Of a stretch of DNA of 64,000 bases, positions 61,205 through 64,000 are shown one piece after another. This DNA is from an uncultured Methanoregulaceae archaeon. Its GTDB lineage: Archaea > Halobacteriota > Methanomicrobia > Methanomicrobiales > Methanospirillaceae. The DNA lies in assembly GCA_963737635.1 (NCBI GenBank), contig CAVTTL010000001.1, positions 44,999 through 108,998 of the forward strand, written 5' to 3'. The position numbers and the translations under genes are program-made. Under the pieces are notes generated by a model, which was not told where the DNA came from, made no database searches, and was given only the letters and a program-made list of their open reading frames with translations. The number at the start of each line of letters is the position of its first letter. The first letter of the stretch is position 1.

Positions 61205-62788
61205 AGGCTCGCTATGCGGGAGTACTCATTCTCCTCTTTGCCGCACTGCTCCTTCCACCTGCCACTGCCGCCGGCGTGAAGATCACGTCAGACCAGACCG
61301 AGTATTATTTTGCACTGGGACAGATCGCCCAGCTCTCACTTCCCGTATCGAATACATACTCCTCACCTATAGAGGGAACACTCCGCTTTACTACGATCCA
61401 GCAGCTCCAGAATGCCGGGAATACCCTGACGATCACGAAAAACCAGATCTATCCAACTGCGTTCCCGGCCGGAAACTCCTTCCTCAACGTCAGCGCCGGC
61501 ACATCCAACGTTTCCCAAACGATCAAGATCCAGATAGCTTACCAGTACACGGATTCCGCACCTGTCCTCATCACTTTGCCGGAAATCCGTATCCATTTCG
61601 TACAGGATCTCTCTCAGGTACACAAACCAATCGAGCATTCCCGTTTCCAGTACCAGCGGTGCCGGCCTGCCCGGTGGACTGGGCAACAGTTCTGTCCAGC
61701 TTGCGCAACAGGCTGTCTCTGCCCAGCAACAGGCTGGCGTGGATACAGGATCAACCTCTTTGCAATCATCCGCGTCTTCCTCTCAGAACGGTCAGATGTT
61801 CCAGAATACTTCAGTACTTAAAGCGCAGATCCAGCAGGCTGCTGCACAAATGGATGCGGCACGGAATACTTTTAACCAAGCACTTGCTGCAGACCCCTTA
61901 CTCCGGCAGGTCAACAAGACCCTCACGGTGGACGGATTTTTTCGACAATCCGTGACCACGAACCCCTCAAGCGGCGACAACGGTACCTTTGCGATGATCT
62001 ACCAGGATCGCACCGGGGAACAGGTAAACCTGCAGGGCGCTCTTATAAACGGGACTGTTTACTCGGTACTTGAACAATCGGCGGCAGCACTCAACGTGAC
62101 CACATCGCTTGGCACCAACGCGACCTACCAATCATTTACGAACGATCTCATTCATTCAGAATTCCAGAGAAACCGGACGCTCATGAATGTAACCCTTACC
62201 GGCACGACAGTCAACGTCACCTATCTCTCTAGGCAGGGAGCGAGAGCATACATCCATGCCAAGATCGATAATGGAAATGTGACGTTGGTGTCGCTTGATA
62301 GAGAAAGTACAGATATAACCTCCCTCCTTCTCGGGATTATCTGTGCAATCTTCATTGCAGTCGGTGCAGGAATGATGTACCGACACGTCAAAGTACAAAA
62401 AAAGGTGGCTTCTGCCGCATTCCCCCGGCAATCGGCTGTACCACCAGACTACCAAAGCGAAGTTCTGAGCCTGCTTGCCGAAGCGGAAGCAGCATTTGCC
62501 AACCGGAACTACAAAAACGCATACGGTTTTGTCGGCCAGGCCACAAGGGTCTATTTCTCCTGCGAGCAGGGAGAGCGCCGCGAACTCACCAATGGCGAAC
62601 TTGTGCACCTTCTTGCAGCATCACGGCATGCAAAAGACCTCGCTGATATCATTGCTCTCCTGGAACGATGCAGCGACGTGGAGTTTGCAAAAGGCATGCC
62701 TGACACCGATGAATTCGCTGCTATGATCCGGCAGGTACGGGCATTTGTCTCACCGGATCTTCTTCAACCAGGGATAAAATCCCGGTGA
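61201..62788 (+). CDS. Secreted/membrane protein of the MoxR operon with C-terminal DUF4129-like helical domain (apparent +1 frameshift at ~61617)
   Basis: Signal peptide; removing G from CAGGTAC gives QDLSQYTNQSSIPVSSTS, which reads into the 61739-62788 frame; late TM then ELTNGEL..CSDVEFAK. Confidence 0.7.
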
Positions 62789-62854
62789 CGATAATGCCGG
62801 CTGTAAGCCTGCTCGCAGCCGGTGGAGGCACATGAATTTGTGCGGGAAAAAAGG

Positions 62855-63274
62855 TTACCGGTAATCCGGAATCTTCCGGAGCGTGATATCCATCACGCCA
62901 CGGTGCACCCGGTACGTGCTGTGGATGATATCAATTGGCTTATCGAGCTCGACAGTTGTAGAGCGGTCATCGACACAGATCCGGACTGAATTTGGCTGGA
63001 TATCCGCGAAGGGAGCATGCTCGGCTTCGGGCGGGATCGCAGCGGTTATGAAGATCTGGGTATCGGACTCCTGTACCTCGTACGGGATGTCGTCGTCATC
63101 GCTGTTTATTCCCCCGGTGAAGACCCCGGGTTCACCAGGTACATGCCTAGTCACGATAGTATACCCGATAACGCGGGCATGTTCTGCCTCGGGCATGGTT
63201 CGGACAATCTCCTCGACAATCTTGGAGAGGTTGCCAAACACTTCATCGTAAGGGTTATTGGGATTCGTCTGCAT
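62855..63274 (-). CDS. Hsp20/CS-domain small heat-shock-like protein
   Basis: Start at ATG 63274 after AGAGGAG; IPYEVQE..IFITAAIP...STYRVHRGVMDITLRK. Confidence 0.75.
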   Translation of the reverse strand: MQTNPNNPYDEVFGNLSKIVEEIVRTMPEAEHARVIGYTIVTRHVPGEPGVFTGGINSDDDDIPYEVQESDTQIFITAAIPPEAEHAPFADIQPNSVRICVDDRSTTVELDKPIDIIHSTYRVHRGVMDITLRKIPDYR

Positions 63275-63896
63275 GGACTCCTCTGAGTATAATCCGGTTC
63301 TTTGTTCTGGACACAATGCCCCTCTTTACGAATTCCGCAAGGACCGGCGCCAGTTCGTCCGGGGTATACCCGGTGACTTCCGAGAGTTCGTCCTCTGTCA
63401 GGGGTTCGTGTGATAGGGCAACTGCTATAGATAGTTCTCGCTCGCTCCTGAATAAATCGTTATGGTTCCGGGCAAGATCGGTAAGTTTCGTATCGATGTC
63501 GTGGTTGAGCTGTTCGAGGTGGGCAACCAGCTGGTCATGTGCCTGGACCATTTTTGCAAGCATGACAACTGCCTGCCGGGTCCGCTCGTCTTCAGCATTC
63601 TTTCCTGCGTTGTCCGGTTTCCCGATAGTACTCTGCAGGCTTCGCAGGGTGACATCCACGAGAATGTCGTTTGCGAGGTAATAGTACTTGCGTCGGCGAT
63701 CATCCATCTGGCAGGAGAGGATCTCCTCCCGCTCCATAAGCTGGAGATGTTCGATCACCGCTTTAGGTGAGATCATCAGCGTCTCCGATATTTCGGTGAC
63801 AAAGCATGGTTTCTGCCGCAGCAACCCTATGATACGCCGCCGGTTCCGGTTCCCGAGGATATCGAGCAACCGGGCAAATTCCGCGAGATCCTCCAT
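63255..63896 (-). CDS. ArsR-family regulator (HSR1/Phr-like heat-shock regulator)
   Basis: LLDILGNRNRRRIIGLL..PCFVTEISETLMISPKAVIEHLQLME; second HTH at the C-terminus; overlaps the hsp20-like gene. Confidence 0.85.
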   Translation of the reverse strand: MEDLAEFARLLDILGNRNRRRIIGLLRQKPCFVTEISETLMISPKAVIEHLQLMEREEILSCQMDDRRRKYYYLANDILVDVTLRSLQSTIGKPDNAGKNAEDERTRQAVVMLAKMVQAHDQLVAHLEQLNHDIDTKLTDLARNHNDLFRSERELSIAVALSHEPLTEDELSEVTGYTPDELAPVLAEFVKRGIVSRTKNRIILRGVHADESQ

Positions 63897-64000
63897 TTTT
63901 ACTTAATGCTAACGCTTCATATGTATAAAGGGATTGAGTAGACCCCGCGTGCCTTTCCAGGATTTCCATCAGGTTACATTGAAGAGCAGCACAGCCGACG

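Noticed and set aside
63901-63930. HSR1/Phr heat-shock operator upstream of the ArsR gene
   Set aside because: Only one CTAAC half-site; no matching GTTAG at the expected spacing.

Overview
Archaeal chromosome segment, most likely a Methanoregula-like member of Methanomicrobiales (inferred from gene content, F420-linked genes and DUF3821-type surface proteins). The left end holds replication, repair and transcription genes (mptD fragment, MCM, RFC small subunit, RPA-associated protein, metallophosphoesterase, Lhr, TBP), two acyl-CoA synthetases and tRNA-Leu(CAG). An accessory stretch (~14-42 kb) encodes regulators, membrane and secreted proteins and a phosphate/polyphosphate cluster. It is followed by a nitrogen block (glnK, two amt, split glutamate synthase with an FrhB-like subunit), cca, thpR, nrdH-nrdD, a MoxR/DUF58/vWA operon and an ArsR-Hsp20 pair. 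I see no CRISPR array, rRNA, integrase or transposase. About 18 genes are broken by small indels or one nonsense change, nearly all at CCGG, GTAC or AGCT; I read these as methylation-linked basecalling errors rather than pseudogenes. Strongest candidates for undescribed biology: (1) a PPDK lacking its pyruvate domain, clustered with a DUF47/PhoU fusion, SixA and polyP:AMP phosphotransferase (possible phosphohistidine phosphate-sensing circuit); (2) an NrdD lacking its metal site and glycyl-radical loop; (3) an HTH regulator with an HxxxCxxC motif, partner membrane proteins and a twice-repeated TGTAAA-N10-TTTACA operator; (4) a ribbon-helix-helix/acyl-CoA synthetase fusion with an inverted repeat over its promoter; (5) a His-His/Glu-His Amt pair with NrpR-type operators and long structured leaders. 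All family calls come from motif recognition by eye, not database searches.
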